Assembly: GCF_963921235.1 (NCBI RefSeq)
Contig: NC_086097.1
Coordinates: 234,982,001 to 235,046,000, forward strand
Direction of reading: 5' to 3'
Length of the DNA stretch: 64,000 nt
Source of the DNA: Mobula hypostoma
Lineage: Eukaryota
Shown here: in pieces, positions 14,601 to 27,284 of the stretch
Layout of the letters: every line of letters begins with the position of its first letter
How positions within the stretch are numbered: the stretch's first letter is position 1
Translations under genes and position numbers: made by a program
The notes under the pieces: model-generated
What the model was told of the DNA's origin: nothing
Databases searched by the model: none
Seen by the model: only the letters and a program-made list of their open reading frames with translations

Positions 14601-15185
14601 GTTCAAGTTGTATAGTGTATATATTCTCTGAAATTAAAAGAATCTAAGATCTAAATCGAAAGCGTGTGAGGTTCTGTTGCAGAGGTGTATGTTATAACAA
14701 GAAATTCTGCAACATTTGTGTTTACGAACCTCATTCAAATTTTAACCAGTTTCATGCAAGTTCTGAGCAAGAAGACCTTTTCAATTCCCTACTCTTGAAT
14801 ATTTTATCAAGGTCTTTTTTTTTGTAAAAGGTGCCACCATGAATAAAGACATGGGTGGGGTACTGTTCACAATCTTTTGTAATCCCGCTGGCCTTATGTT
14901 GTGTCCATGTATGCAAAAATAAAGTGGAAATTGAGACAGGATTGATTTGAATTTTAAAGCACAATGTATATAATTTGGACAGAGGTTATTTAAAGGCCAA
15001 CCTGGGTGATCCTGAGGCGCCCAAGTTTTCCAAGATGAACAAAGAGATAACTTTTGAAAATTGCAGTCAGTAACTCATTTATATCCATTGATTTATGCAG
15101 GTCATTGATACTGTTTTAGTGATACATTCTCTTAATGAAATCTAAGCCACTGTTTATACAACAATAGTTGACAGATATAAATATG

Positions 15186-15695
15186 CACTCAGTGGCCAGA
15201 TTATTAGGTATAACTGAACACCTGCTCGTTAATGCAATTATCTAATCAGCCAATCATCTGGCAGCAACTCAACACATAAAAGCCTGCAGACATGGTCAAG
15301 AGGTTCAGAACGTACGTCAGAATGGGGAAGAAATGTGATCTAAGTGTCTTTCACCGTGGAACGATTGTTGGTCCCAGATAGTTGGGTATCTCAGAAACTG
15401 CTGATCTCCCGGCATTTCACACACAACAGTCTTTAGAGTTTACAGAGAATGGTGTTAAAAACAGAAAAAAAAATCCAGAGTGGTAATTCTGTGGGTGAAA
15501 ATGCCTTGTTAATGAAAGATGTCAGAGTAGAATGGCCAGACTGGCTAAATCTGACAGGAAGATAACAATAGCTTAAATCATCACGTATTACAACAGTGTT
15601 GTGTCCCTGAATGCACAACGTCAAACCTTGCAGAAGACAATGAATATACATACACTTAGTGACCACTTTATTAGGTACTTCCTGCACCTAATAGG
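15186..15695 (+). mobile_element. Tc1-like transposon fragment, non-autonomous
   Basis: CACTCAGTGGCCA..TTATTAGGTA terminal motif, repeated near 15655; 5' transposase remnant. Confidence 0.5.
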
Positions 15696-15749
15696 TTGTA
15701 TAAATTCAGAATAACTTTTTCAGTTGCATTTAAAGATCTTCAAAGTGCC

Positions 15750-16135
15750 CTCCTGCTTGCTTACTTCCTCTTACATCCCTGGAGTTTAGGGCAACAATGA
15801 AGGTCCCATCTCTGGTGGTGTTCAGGGCTTCCTTCATTGTGTCAGTAGCTTCCTTTCTTTATTCACTACTATCAGACACGAAAGTCTCGGGTGGAGACTC
15901 AAGAATACTGTCGTACTTAGATGTAGAAGGATTCCTCATTGTTGTTTCCGTAACAATTTTGTTTTACAAAGCAAAGTTGTTAGCCCTGAGCTGAACTCCC
16001 AAACCTGGAGAGTCGGTAGACCACTCTTAGTCTGGCCTCTACCCTTTGACCTGCTCGATGTGGGTGACCCTACTAAGAGCCAAAACATAAAGTCCTGGCT
16101 CCAGTCAACTGAGCTCTCAGGGTCATTGAGGTCTT
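15750..16135 (-). repeat. RTE (Rex3/Expander-like) 5' UTR-derived repeat; related copy at ~46010-46330 (+)
   Basis: TAGGGTCACCC..AGGTCAA..GG..AGAGG.CAGAC.AAGAG motif shared by both copies. Confidence 0.45.
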
Positions 16136-16269
16136 CTTGGAGGTCCTTCCTTAAAAAAAGTGGAAAATAAATAGAATTATGATACTTCAACATAAAAATA
16201 ATACACAAAAGTTCAAGGTTAGCCTTGGTATTTATGCAGTGCAGGTAATTAGTACAGTGTATGCTTGCT

Positions 16270-18300
16270 TTTATATTCTAATCCTCTCAAAAGCAATGCT
16301 ATCATTGCATTTGCCTTCCACACCACCGACTGAACCTGCAAATTAACTTTTAGGGAAACCTATAGGACTCTCAAGACCCTTTGCTCCTCAGAATTTTGAA
16401 TATTCTCTTCACTTAGAAAATTGTCTACGCTTTTGTTTCTTCTACCAAAGTGCATGACCACACACCTACCGACACTGCCACTGCTTTGCCCATTTTCCTA
16501 ATCTAGGTCCTTCTGCTACCCCTCTGCTTCCTCAGTGTAAGCACTACATGCCTCTCCACCTATTTTTGTATTGTCTGCAAACCCGGCCACAAGACCATCA
16601 ATTCCTTCATCCAAATCATTGACATATAATGTAAAAGGAAGTGGTCCCAATACAAACCCTTGTGGAACACCACCAGTCACTTGCAGACGGACAGTAACTA
16701 TGCCAGTAACCACGATGGTTATATTTTTATTGTACTTCCTGAATGGCAAGTATATCCTTTTCTGGATAAAGAAACTAAATCATGTGCAAGGTACAACCTC
16801 AGCAAAGTCCTATATAATTACAATAATTCATCTTTACTCCTGCACTCAAATCCTCTGGCAATAAAGACCGACATATTATTTCATTCCCTAATTGCCAGCA
16901 ACATCTGAACATTAGCTTTCAGTGAATTGTGGACACAAGCAGTTAGGTTCAATTGAAAATCTATTTTTTTCAATCTAAAAACATTTTAAAAATATTCCAT
17001 TTTTCCGTGTAGCCTATGAAGTGGATAATCTCACATGTTTTAACATTATATCCCATCTGTTCTCACCCATTCACTTACCTTATTATATGTCATTTAAATG
17101 TCCTTACATTCTTCATCCTAACTTGCAAACCTACTTTGATCTTGATTCATTAGTAAATCAGGAAATAAGATAATTGATTCCCTCAGCCAAATCTAAGATC
17201 TAGATCAGGATTTTCCAACCTGGGGTCCACAGTCTCCTGGATTACTGGTATTGGTCCATGGCGAAATAAAGGATGGAAACTCTGATCTAGGTCAAATATA
17301 GAAACATAGAAAATCGATAGCACAATACAGGTCCTTCAGCCCACAATGCTGGGCCAAACATGTACTTAGTTAGAAATTACCTAAGGTTACCCATAGAGGG
17401 CTATGGGTAACCTTAGGTAATTTCTAACTAAGTACATGTACCTATACCATGTACCTATACAGAAGTCTCTTAAAAGACCCTATCATATTCACCTCCACCA
17501 CAGTCGCCAGCAGTCCATTCCATGCACTCGACCACTCTCTGAGTCAAAAACCTACCCCTGACATGTCCTCTGTACCTACTTCCAAGCACCTTAAAACTGT
17601 GCCCTATTATGCTAGCCATATCAGCCCTGGGAAAAAAGCCTCAATGCCTCTCATCATCTTATACAACTCTATCAGGTCACCTCTCATCCTCTGCCACTCC
17701 AAGGAGAAAAGGCTGAGTTCACTCAACCTATTCTCATAAGGCATGCTCCCTAATCCAAGCAACATCCTTGTAAATCTCCTCTGCACCCTTTCTATGGTTT
17801 CCACATCCTTCCTGCAATGAGGCAACCAGAACTGAACATATTACTCCAAGTGGGGTCTGACCAGATTCCTATATAGCTGTAACATTACTTCTTGGCTCTT
17901 AAACACAATCCCTGGTTGATGAAGGCCAATGCACCATATCCCTTCTTAACCACAGAGTCAACCTGCATAGCAGCTTTGAGTGACCTATGGACTCGGACCC
18001 CAAGATCCCTCTGATCTTCCACACTGCCAAGAGTCTTATCGTTAATACTATATTCTGCCTTATATTTGACCTACCAAAATGAACTGCTTCATACTTATCC
18101 GAGTTGAACTCCATCCGCCACTTCTCAGCCCAGTTTTGCATCCTATCAATGTTCCACTGTAACCTCTGACAGCCCTCCACACTGTCCACAACACCTCCAA
18201 CCTTTGTGTCATCAGCAAATTTACTAACTCATCTCTGGACTTCCTCATCCAGGTCATGTATAAAAATACGAAGAGAAGGGGTCCTAGAACAGATCATGAA
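16270..18300 (-). mobile_element. Stacked CR1 LINE fragments
   Basis: GVPQGFVLGPLPFTLYVNDLD..FADNTKIGG; ERVQRRFTRML; WAEKWRMEFN. Confidence 0.85.
17206..17284. mobile_element. hAT/Charlie-like MITE; related copy at 54733-54814
   Basis: CAG...CTG termini, 8-bp TSD ATCTAGAT/ATCTAGGT. Confidence 0.6.
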
Positions 18301-20362
18301 TAACCTCGGCAAAATACTGTATTGCTATTCCACGCTCTGTTACCATTTTATTTGGTACCTCCTGTATGATAAACCTGATCTGAAATATGTCGCTATTGTG
18401 GACTGAGAGTTGAAGGGAATTGGGGGAGCAGAATCATGGCTGGGAATTGGGGAAGTGAGAGAGCAGGAAGCACCAGACTTTCTGAAATGATCAATAAACC
18501 AATTGTTTGGATTCAAATGACCTTGACTGGTGTCTCAGAGCTGGGTGTGTCTTCACCAATACTGTCACCTGCCCCTGGCACTCCTTCTCTGCCACGTGAC
18601 ACTTACCCCTGCCTCTCCCAACCACAACGCATCACCATCACCACTACCGGCATCCTTTGCTCCCACCAGATTTAGAAACTCGCTCTCCGCTTCATGTTGA
18701 CAAACACAGTACTGTGCAAACACCTTGGGCACCCTTGCTACAGTGCATTTACTGTATGCGCCTAAGACCATTGCACAGCACTGCATATTGTACTAGAGAG
18801 CCATTTAATAGTATAACTGCAGGGAAGGAATTGTCCTTGAGCATAGTGGTATTTGTCTTTTGGCTTTTATATTTTCTGCACAGTGGGAGAGGGGAGAAAT
18901 CCTAATTAAGCATTATTGAAATGATACTCTTTCCTTACTTGCGAGTTGCTGGTCTCCACTCTTGTTGATCCAGGAGTGACACCTCTCTCCCTCGATAGAG
19001 AGAGAGAGAGCCTATCTGAGGTGCTGGGTTATGGACTGCAGTTTTGATGGACTCTGGATTGGGACTCTCTTTGGTGAGGTGGGGTTGTCTTCCGCTGTTG
19101 CTTACAAGGTGTGGGGGGGGTGTGTGGAATGGTCGGTGCTCCTGCTGGCGTGAGTAAGGCAGATTCAATGCTCTTTCTGCTGTTTGTGCAAAGGGAGGCC
19201 GAAGGGGGAGCTTCAGGACTTCGATATCATTGTAATTCTTTCTATGGGGTCTTGTTTTGTGGATGCCTGTGAAGAGTAAGAAATTCAGGTTGTATACTGC
19301 ATAGATTCTCTGTATTAAAATGAAACCTTGAACATTTGAAATTGATGTGTGCATTGTTGTTTATTTAAACTCCCATATGCTAATTAACATACTTGTTTCC
19401 TTTTGAAAGATCAAAGTAAAATTTATTATCAGAATACATACATATCACCGCATAAAATCCTGAGATTCTTTTTCTGCTGGCATACTTATCAAATCTATAG
19501 AACAGGACCCATGAACAGTTAACCAAACCTATAACTATGTTTGAAACATAGTTACCCAAAGAGATTAGTATTTTGAGGTATTTGTAACTAAATAATGTCA
19601 TCATGAATAATTGGGTCCATAGAATGAGACTTTCAGACTGATTTACTGAGGCATAAGCAATGTTATAATCTACTTTTGTGAACATAATCTAATTTATGTG
19701 AAACAAATTTTTACTCTTACTTTCGTATAAGCTATTTCTTTTACCTACAGGCATTATATTTTCCATATAAATTATGCATTTTTTGATGAAAGAATGATAA
19801 TTCAGCTGGAAACCTGACCAATTCTTTTAGACATATATTGAAATTTCTGAGCAGGACAATTAACTTCCCAATGTCTACAAGCAGGGAATATTCCTCAGAG
19901 CCTTCCTTCATATCAGACAAATTATACAGCAATATTCAATGTATTATTCCTATCTAAATGACACTTTATTCATTGGAGAGTACTCAGGTCTTTGGGACTC
20001 CCTAACTTATGCAGCTGTTGATCCTTGTAACCTTCATCCAAATGCTCATTTAAAGCTTGGATAAATGGTAGATGTTATGCTGAAGGTCTCTTTTTTCATT
20101 AATTCCCTTTCAATTTTATTCCCCTTTCTCTACCAAGGGATTTTACAATGCCACCAGAAATAAATATTTCCATCTACAGTATTTCATGCATTGTCATGTA
20201 AAACAATAAGATAGGAGCAGAATTAGGCCATTCAGCCCATCAAGTCTGCCCAACTAATTCATCATGTCTGATTTAATATCTTCTCAACTTCATTTTCCTC
20301 CTTTCTCTCAATAATAATTGATGCCCAGACTAATCACGAACTTATCAATGGGAACACACACA

Positions 20363-21060
20363 TGTAAGGGGGTTTCGTCTTTTATGTTACTGCAGAGGCT
20401 AATTAAAATGGCTTCTTTGTTATGTTATACTTGGGAATGCTTCTTTGTTATGTTAAACGCTGAGAAAGCTTTGCGCTAGCAGCTTGTTGTGGGTTAAGGG
20501 GGTGATAAGAGGATGTTGCAAACCAGTTGGGATAGTTGTTATGACTTTGGTGTATCTGGAAGATTTTCATGCGCGGGGTTTTGGGCTAGAAGGCGGGAGA
20601 GCGAGACAGAGGATGGACGAGGTGCTGTGAGGTCCGCTAATGGGGTCGGACCCCGAGGAGGGTGTTCGGCAAGGAGACGGAGACGGACTGGTGTGGAATG
20701 TCTGGTCGACCACCGTTGTTGGTCCCAGGCGGCTGGTCGAGGTGGTCCGAGGGGTCGCAGAGTGAAGAAGAAGGGTCCTGAGCTCCAACTGTTTTGTGCA
20801 TGAAGAGATTGAACTTTGATAAGTGTGGCACCTTTTATTTTCCTTTTATATTTTATTCACTATTAATTATATAGTTCCAGTAGTATCTATAAACTGTAAA
20901 TCATTTAATCATATCTGGTGTATTGTCCGTTATTTGGGCGGGGTGGGGTACATCACACAGCATCCACACAAACTAATTACCCAGTTTGGTGGGGCCAAGG
21001 GTTGTTTCCCTAGACGACAGCGAGCCAAGCGACCCTGAGGGTGGCCAGGGGGGCTTCACA
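20363..21060. mobile_element. Solo LTR (698 bp) inserted into a Penelope-terminal repeat
   Basis: TGTAAG...CTTCACA termini, TSD CACA. Confidence 0.75.
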
Positions 21061-21299
21061 CACAATGGTGGAGGAACTCAGCAGGCCAGGCAGCATCTGT
21101 GGAAAAGAGTACAGCCAACATTTCAGGCCGAGACCCTTCATTAGGACAGAGGAAGGCTCTTGGCCTGAAACAGTTCCTGTACTCTATTCCATAGATGCTG
21201 CCTGGTCTGCTGAGTTCCTCCGGTGTTTTGTGCGTGTTGCTTGGACTTCCAGCATCTGCAGATTTTCTCTTGTTTGTGAAAGAACATATCAATCTCCGT

Positions 21300-22430
21300 T
21301 TGAAATATACTCAATTCTTTGGCCCCCCACAGTTATTTGTGGCAATGATTTACTACCCTCTGCCAAAAGAAATAACTCTTCATCTCAGTTCTAAATGGAC
21401 ATCCCTCTATCCTGAGACTGTTTCCTCTGGTCCTAGACAACCCACTATACACCATAACACATAGAAGCTGAATGAGGCCATTCAGCCCACTGAGTCAGCT
21501 CTGCTATTCCATCAAGGCTGATCCTGGATCTCACTCAGCTCCAGATACCTGCCTCCTTGCTATAACCTTTGATGCCCTAACCAAGTAGGAAACTGTCAAG
21601 TTTCACTTTAAGTATACCCACTGTCTTGGCCTCCACAGGTCCGTGGCAGAGCATTCCACAGATTCATGACTGTCTGGTTAAAAGAAGATCTGCCTTACCT
21701 TTGTTCTAAAGGGATGCCCTTCAATTTTGAGGCTGTGTTCTCTAGTTCTAGAGGAAACATCCTCTCCATATGGCCTTATCGAGTCTTTTCAACATTCGGT
21801 AAGTTTCAGTGAGATCCCCCACATTCTTCTAAATTCCTGTGAGTACAGCTCCAAAGCTACCAAACACTCCTCGTATGTTAACCAATCACAAACAAGAGAA
21901 GATCTGCAGATGCTGGAAATCCGAGCATCACACACAAAATGCTGGAGGAACTCAGCAGACCACGCAGCATCTATGGAAAAGAGTACAGTCAACATTTCGA
22001 AGCATTGACTGTCCTCTTTTTACCAGATGCTGCCTGACCTGCTGAGTTCCTCCAGCATTTTGTGTGATTTGCTCATGTGCTAACCACTTCATTCTTGGAA
22101 TTACCTTCGTGAACCTCTTCTGGACTCTCTCCAATGACAACATATCCTTTCCGAGGTATGGAGACCAAAACTGTTGGCAATGCATCAAGTGCAGACTGAA
22201 AAATGTCTTATAAAACTTCCGGCATTATCTCCTTGTTTTTTGTATTCTATTCCCCTTGAAATGAATGCCAACATTGCATTTGCCTTCTTTACCACAGACT
22301 CAACCTGTGCATTAACTTTTTGGGAGCCTTGCATGAGGACTCCTGAGTCCCTTTGCACCTCTGATGTTTGAATTTTCTACCCATTTAGATATTAGTCTGC
22401 ACTTTTCTTCTTTTTACCAAAATGCATTTT
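21300..22430 (-). mobile_element. CR1 LINE 3' fragments with nested repeats
   Basis: QFWSPYLGKD..LERVQKRFT motif. Confidence 0.75.
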
Positions 22431-24290
22431 AGACTATAAGACCATAAGGCAAAGGAGCAGAAGTCGGTCATTTGGCCCATCGAGTCTGCTCCGCCATTTT
22501 ATCATGAGCTGATCTGTTTTCCCATTTAGTCCCACTCCCCCACCTTCTCACCATAACCTTTGATGCCCTGGCTACTCAGATACCTATCAATCTCTGCCTT
22601 AAATACACCCAATGACTTGGCCTCCACTGCCACCCGTGACAACAAATTCCATAGACTCACCACCCTCTGACTAAAAAAATTTCTTCACATCTCTGTTCTG
22701 AACGGGCACCTTTCAATCCTTAATTCATGCCCTCTCGTACTAGACACCCCCATCACGGGAAACAACTTTGCCACATCCACTCTGTCCATGCCTCCAACAT
22801 TCGAAATGTTTCTATGAGGTCCCCCCTCATTCTTCTAAACTCCAAAGAATACAGTCCAAGAGCGGACAAACGTTCCTCATATGTTAACCCTCTCATTCCT
22901 GGAATCATTCTAGTGAATCTTCTCTGTACCCTCTACAATGTCACCACATACTTTCTTAAATAAGGAGCCCAAAACTGCCCACAGAACTCCAAGTGAGGTC
23001 TCACCAGCGCCTTATAGAGCATCAACATCGCATCCCTGCTCCTATACTCTATTCCTCTAGAAATGAATGCCAACATTGCATTCGCCTTCTTCACCACCGA
23101 CTCAACCTGCAGGTTAACCTTAAGGGTATCCTGTACGAGGACTCCCAAGTCCCGTTGCATCTCAAAACTTTGAATTCTCTCCCCATTAAAATAATAGTCT
23201 TGGCTGTTTATTTCTTCTGCCAAAGTGCATAACCATACACTTTCCAACATTATATTTCATTTGCCACTTCTTTGCCCATTCTTCCAATCTATCCAAGTCT
23301 CTCTGCAGACCCTCTGTTTCCTCAGCACTACCGGCCCCTCCACCTATCTTTGTATCATCAGCAAACTTAGCCACAAAGCCATCTATTCCATAATCTAAAT
23401 CGTTGATGTACAACGTAAAAACAAGCGGCCCCAACACGGATCCCTGTGGAAAACCACTGGTAACCAGCAGCCAACCAGAATAAGATCCCTTTATTCCCAC
23501 TCTCTGTTTCCTGCCAATCAGCCATCGCCCGATCCACGTATGTAACTTTCCCATAATTCCATGGGCTCTTATCTTGTTAAGCAGCCTCATGTGTGGCACC
23601 TTGTCAAAGGCCTTCTGAAAATCCAAATTTACAACATCCACTGCATCTCCCTTGTCTAGACCACTTGTAATTTCCTCAAAAAATCGTAATAGGTTTGTCA
23701 GGCAGGATTTTCCTTTAAGGAAACCATGCAGAGTTCTGCCTATCTTGTCATATGCCTCCAGGTACACCGTAACCTCATCCTTGACAATCGACTCCAACAA
23801 CTTCCCAACCACGGATGTCAAGCTAACAGGTCTATAATTTCCTTTTTGCTTCCTTGCCCCCTTCTTAAATAGCGGAGTCACATTTGTAATCTTCCAGTCC
23901 TCCGGAACCATGCCAGAATCTATCGACTTTTGAAAGATCATCGCTAATGCCTCCGCAATCTCCACAGCTACTTCCATCAGAACACGCAGGTGCATTCCAT
24001 TTGGTCCAGGAGATTTATCTACCCTTAGACTATTCAGCTTTCTAAGTACATTATCTGTCGTAATTGTGACTGAGCACACTTCTCTTCCCTGACACCCTTG
24101 AGTGTCTGGTATCCTGCTGATGTCTTCCTCAGTGAAGACTGATGCAAAATACTCATTCAGTTCCTCTGCCATCTCCTCATCTCCCATTACAATTTCTCCA
24201 GCATCATTTTCTATCGGTCCTATATCTACTCTCACCCGTCTTTTACTCTTTATATACTTGAAAAAGCTTTTAGAGCTTTTATGAAAATAT
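22430..24290 (-). mobile_element. Young CR1 LINE, ORF2 reverse transcriptase region (438-aa open stretch, one frameshift near 23190)
   Basis: KSPGPNG, PEDWK, NYRPVSLTS, LDFQKAFDKVPH, PQGSVLGP, FADDTK. The N-terminal ~70 aa of the ORF call are chimeric with neighbouring elements. Confidence 0.95.
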
Positions 24291-25584
24291 ATTTTCGTAA
24301 TATATTTCCCAACACTGTATTCCATCTGCCACTTTTTTACCCATCCTTTGAATTTGTTTAAGTCCTTCTGCAATCGCATTGCTTCCTCAGCATTACTTAC
24401 CCCTCTACCTGTCTTTGTATCATCTGCAAACTTTGCCACAAATCCATCAATTTCATTACAGGTGTCCCCTGCTTTTTGAACGTTCGCTTTACGAAACCTC
24501 ACTGTTATGAAAGACCTATATTAGTTCCTGTTTTTGCTAACGGAAGGTGTTTTCACTGTTACAAAAAAAGGCAGCACGTTGAAGAAAAATCAGCGCACGC
24601 CCTGAGCAGCCAATGGCCCCGGGAACGGCATTCTCGCCGGCATTGCTTAAGCACGTGCCTGTAAGCAGCTATTTGCACAATGAGTTCTAAGGTATCGGAA
24701 AAGCCTAAAAGAGCTCGTAAGGGTGTTACACTTAGCGTAAAACTAGAAACTAGACATAATAAAGCGTTTTGATCATGGTGAACGAAGTAGGGATAACATG
24801 AGTTTGGCTTGTGGAAGGTGACGAAGATGATGTTGAAGAGGTTTTGGCATCCCATGACCAAGAACTGATAGATGAAGAGCTGATGCAATTGGAAGAGGAA
24901 AGGATAACAATTGAAACCGAATGGGTAATGATAAAGTACGACTTTAATTTTGAAAGGATACCGTTGGTTTAGGGCATATTTGCAAGATGGTTTGAGTCCT
25001 TACCAAGAACTGTATGATAGAAAAATGCGCGAGGCTCAGCAGTCAAGCATACTGTCGTTTTTCAAGACTTCCACATCAGCCACAGCAGACGACAAACCTC
25101 GACCTTAACATCGAGGCAGGCAGACATAGAAGAAGATGACCTGCTTGCCCTGATGGAAACAGACGACACCCCAGTGTCCCACCACCTCAACCCCCAGGCC
25201 GCGGACAGATACCGATTCGCGGAGAATGCAGCGGTAACCGGGAGGCACCCAGCACATCTTTAAGAAAAAACCTGAAATAAACAAACTAATTAATTAGGTG
25301 CTGCCTGGCACGTAATTGTCAGCCCAGATCAGAGGCGATGCAATTGGCAATCACCTCTGATCTGGGCCGACATTTACGCGCCGGGCGGCACCTAATTAAT
25401 TAGCATGTTTATTTTGTTTTTTTTCTTAAATATGTGCTGTGTGCCTCCCGGCTACCGCTGTACCCCTGCATTCTTGGTGAATCGGTATCGGGTTGATGCC
25501 CGGAGGGTGGAGGCCACTGCCCAGAGGGTGGGAGCCACCGCACCACCCCAACCTGCGACGACTCAGCCTAACCCACCGTCATCA

Positions 25585-26657
25585 ATGATGCCCTCACCCG
25601 CATCTTCTCCATTTCCCGCACTTCGGCCCTCACCCCATCCTCCCGTCACCACAACAGGGACAGAGTTCCCCTTGTCCTCACCTACCACCCCACTAGCCTC
25701 CGGATCCAGCACATTATCCTCCGCAACTTCCGCCACCTTCAACAGGACCCCTCCACTAAGCACACCTTTCCCTCTCCACCTCTCTCCACCTTCTGCAGGG
25801 ATTGGTCCCTCCGCGATGCCCTGGTCCACACATCCCTCCCCACGGATCTCCCACCTGGCACTTATCCCTGTAAGCGCAAGTGCTACACCTGTCCCTACAC
25901 CTCCTCTCTTGCCACCATTCAGGGCCTCAAACAGTACTTCCAAGTGAGGCAACACTTCACTTGTGAGTCTGTTGGGGTCACCTATTGCACCCGGTGCTCC
26001 CGGTGCGGCCTCCTCTACATCGGTGAAACCCGACGCAGATTGGGGGACCGCTTCATCGAGCACCTCCAAAACAGGTAGGATCTCCCAGTAGCAACCCACT
26101 TCAACTCTGCTTCCCACTCCCATTCAGATTTGTCCATACATGGCCTCGTCTACTGCCATGATGAGGCTAACCTCAGGTTGGAGGAGCAATACCTCATATA
26201 CCGTCTAGGTAGTCTCCAGCCCCTTGGTATGAACATAGAATTCTCCAACTTCCGGTAATTCCCTCCCCCTTCCTTCCCTATCCCTATGTCACTCTGCCCC
26301 CTCCCCCAGCTGCCTACCACCTCCCTCTTGGTTCCGCCTCCTTCTATTACCCATTGTGTTTTCCCCTATTCTTTCTTCAGTTTTCCTGCCTATCACTTCC
26401 CTGCCTCCCTTCCCCCACCCCTTTATCTTTCCCTTTACTGGTTTTTCAACTGGAACCTACCAGCCTTCTCCTTCCCACCCTCCCCCCACCTTCTTTATAG
26501 GGCCTCTGCCCCTTCCCCCACTACAGTCCTGACGAAGGGTTCCGGCCCGAAACGTTGACCGATCTTTTCCACAGATGCTGCCCGACCTGCTGAGTTCCTC
26601 CAGCGTGTTGTGAGTTTTGCTTTGACCCCAGCATCTGCAGATTATTTTGTGTTTACA
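25585..26657 (+). mobile_element. Penelope-like element, 5'-truncated: GIY-YIG endonuclease plus hammerhead-bearing terminal repeat
   Basis: LVLTYHP..TYPCKRKCYTC..FTCESVGVTYCTRCSRCGLLYIGETRRRLGDRFIEH..LQPLGMN; ~11-bp duplication CACC(G/A)TCATCA flanks it. Confidence 0.9.
26525..26560 (+). ncRNA. Minimal type I hammerhead ribozyme motif (Penelope-associated), GUU triplet
   Basis: GTC-CTGACGA-A-GGGT(TCCG)GCCC-GAAA-CGTT-GAC. Confidence 0.7.
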
Positions 26658-27284
26658 CACCATCATCAGTGTGCTCGATGTCTACCCAATTCCCGTAAGT
26701 GATACTACACTGTACATGCAACACACGTCAAAGTTGCTGGTGAACGCAGCAGGCCAGGCAGCATCTGTAGGAAGAGGTGCAGTCGACGTTTCAGGCTGAG
26801 ACCCTTCGTCCTGACGTGTTGTGTGTTGCTTGAATTTCCAGCATCTGCAGAATTCCTGTTGTCTACACTTTACATACGTTATTTCTACTTTCTATAGGCT
26901 GTGTATTTTTACGTGTTATTTGGTGTGATTTAGCAGCTTCATAGCTTAAATGTTACTGGAGAGCGCTTGCGCCGTGTTTTTGCCGACGGCGTGTGTGTGA
27001 GATTTTCGCTACGGAGAACAGTGCAGTAATGATTGTGGAAAAGTATTTCTACTTTATATAGGCTGTGTATTTATCATATCATTCCTGCTTTTACTATATG
27101 TAACTGTTATTTTAGGTTTTATGTGTTATTTGGCATGATTTTATAGGTTATTTTTTGGGTCTGCGAATGCTTACAAGTTTTTTCCATATAAATAAATGGT
27201 AATTGCTTCTTCGCCTTACGATATTCTGGCTTACGAACCGTTTCATAGGAATGCTCTACCTCCAGGTGGCGGGGGAAACCTGTA

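Larger units (their letters stand above)
24459..27282 (+). mobile_element. Tigger/pogo-like DNA transposon, internally deleted, inserted into a CR1
   Basis: TA-CAGGTGTCCCC...GGGGAAACCTG-TA ends; HTH remnant MSSKVSEKPKRARKGVTLSVKL; acidic C-terminus EEVLASHDQELIDEELMQLEEE; the CR1 resumes on both sides. Confidence 0.85.

Noticed and set aside
23186..24502. 438-aa ORF as a host gene or intact LINE
   Set aside because: It is a truncated CR1 ORF2 with a chimeric N-terminus from an adjacent CR1 and the Tigger end; no endonuclease or ORF1.
25405..26123. 180-aa (+) and 186-aa (-) ORFs
   Set aside because: Off-frame and antisense readings of the Penelope GIY-YIG coding sequence.
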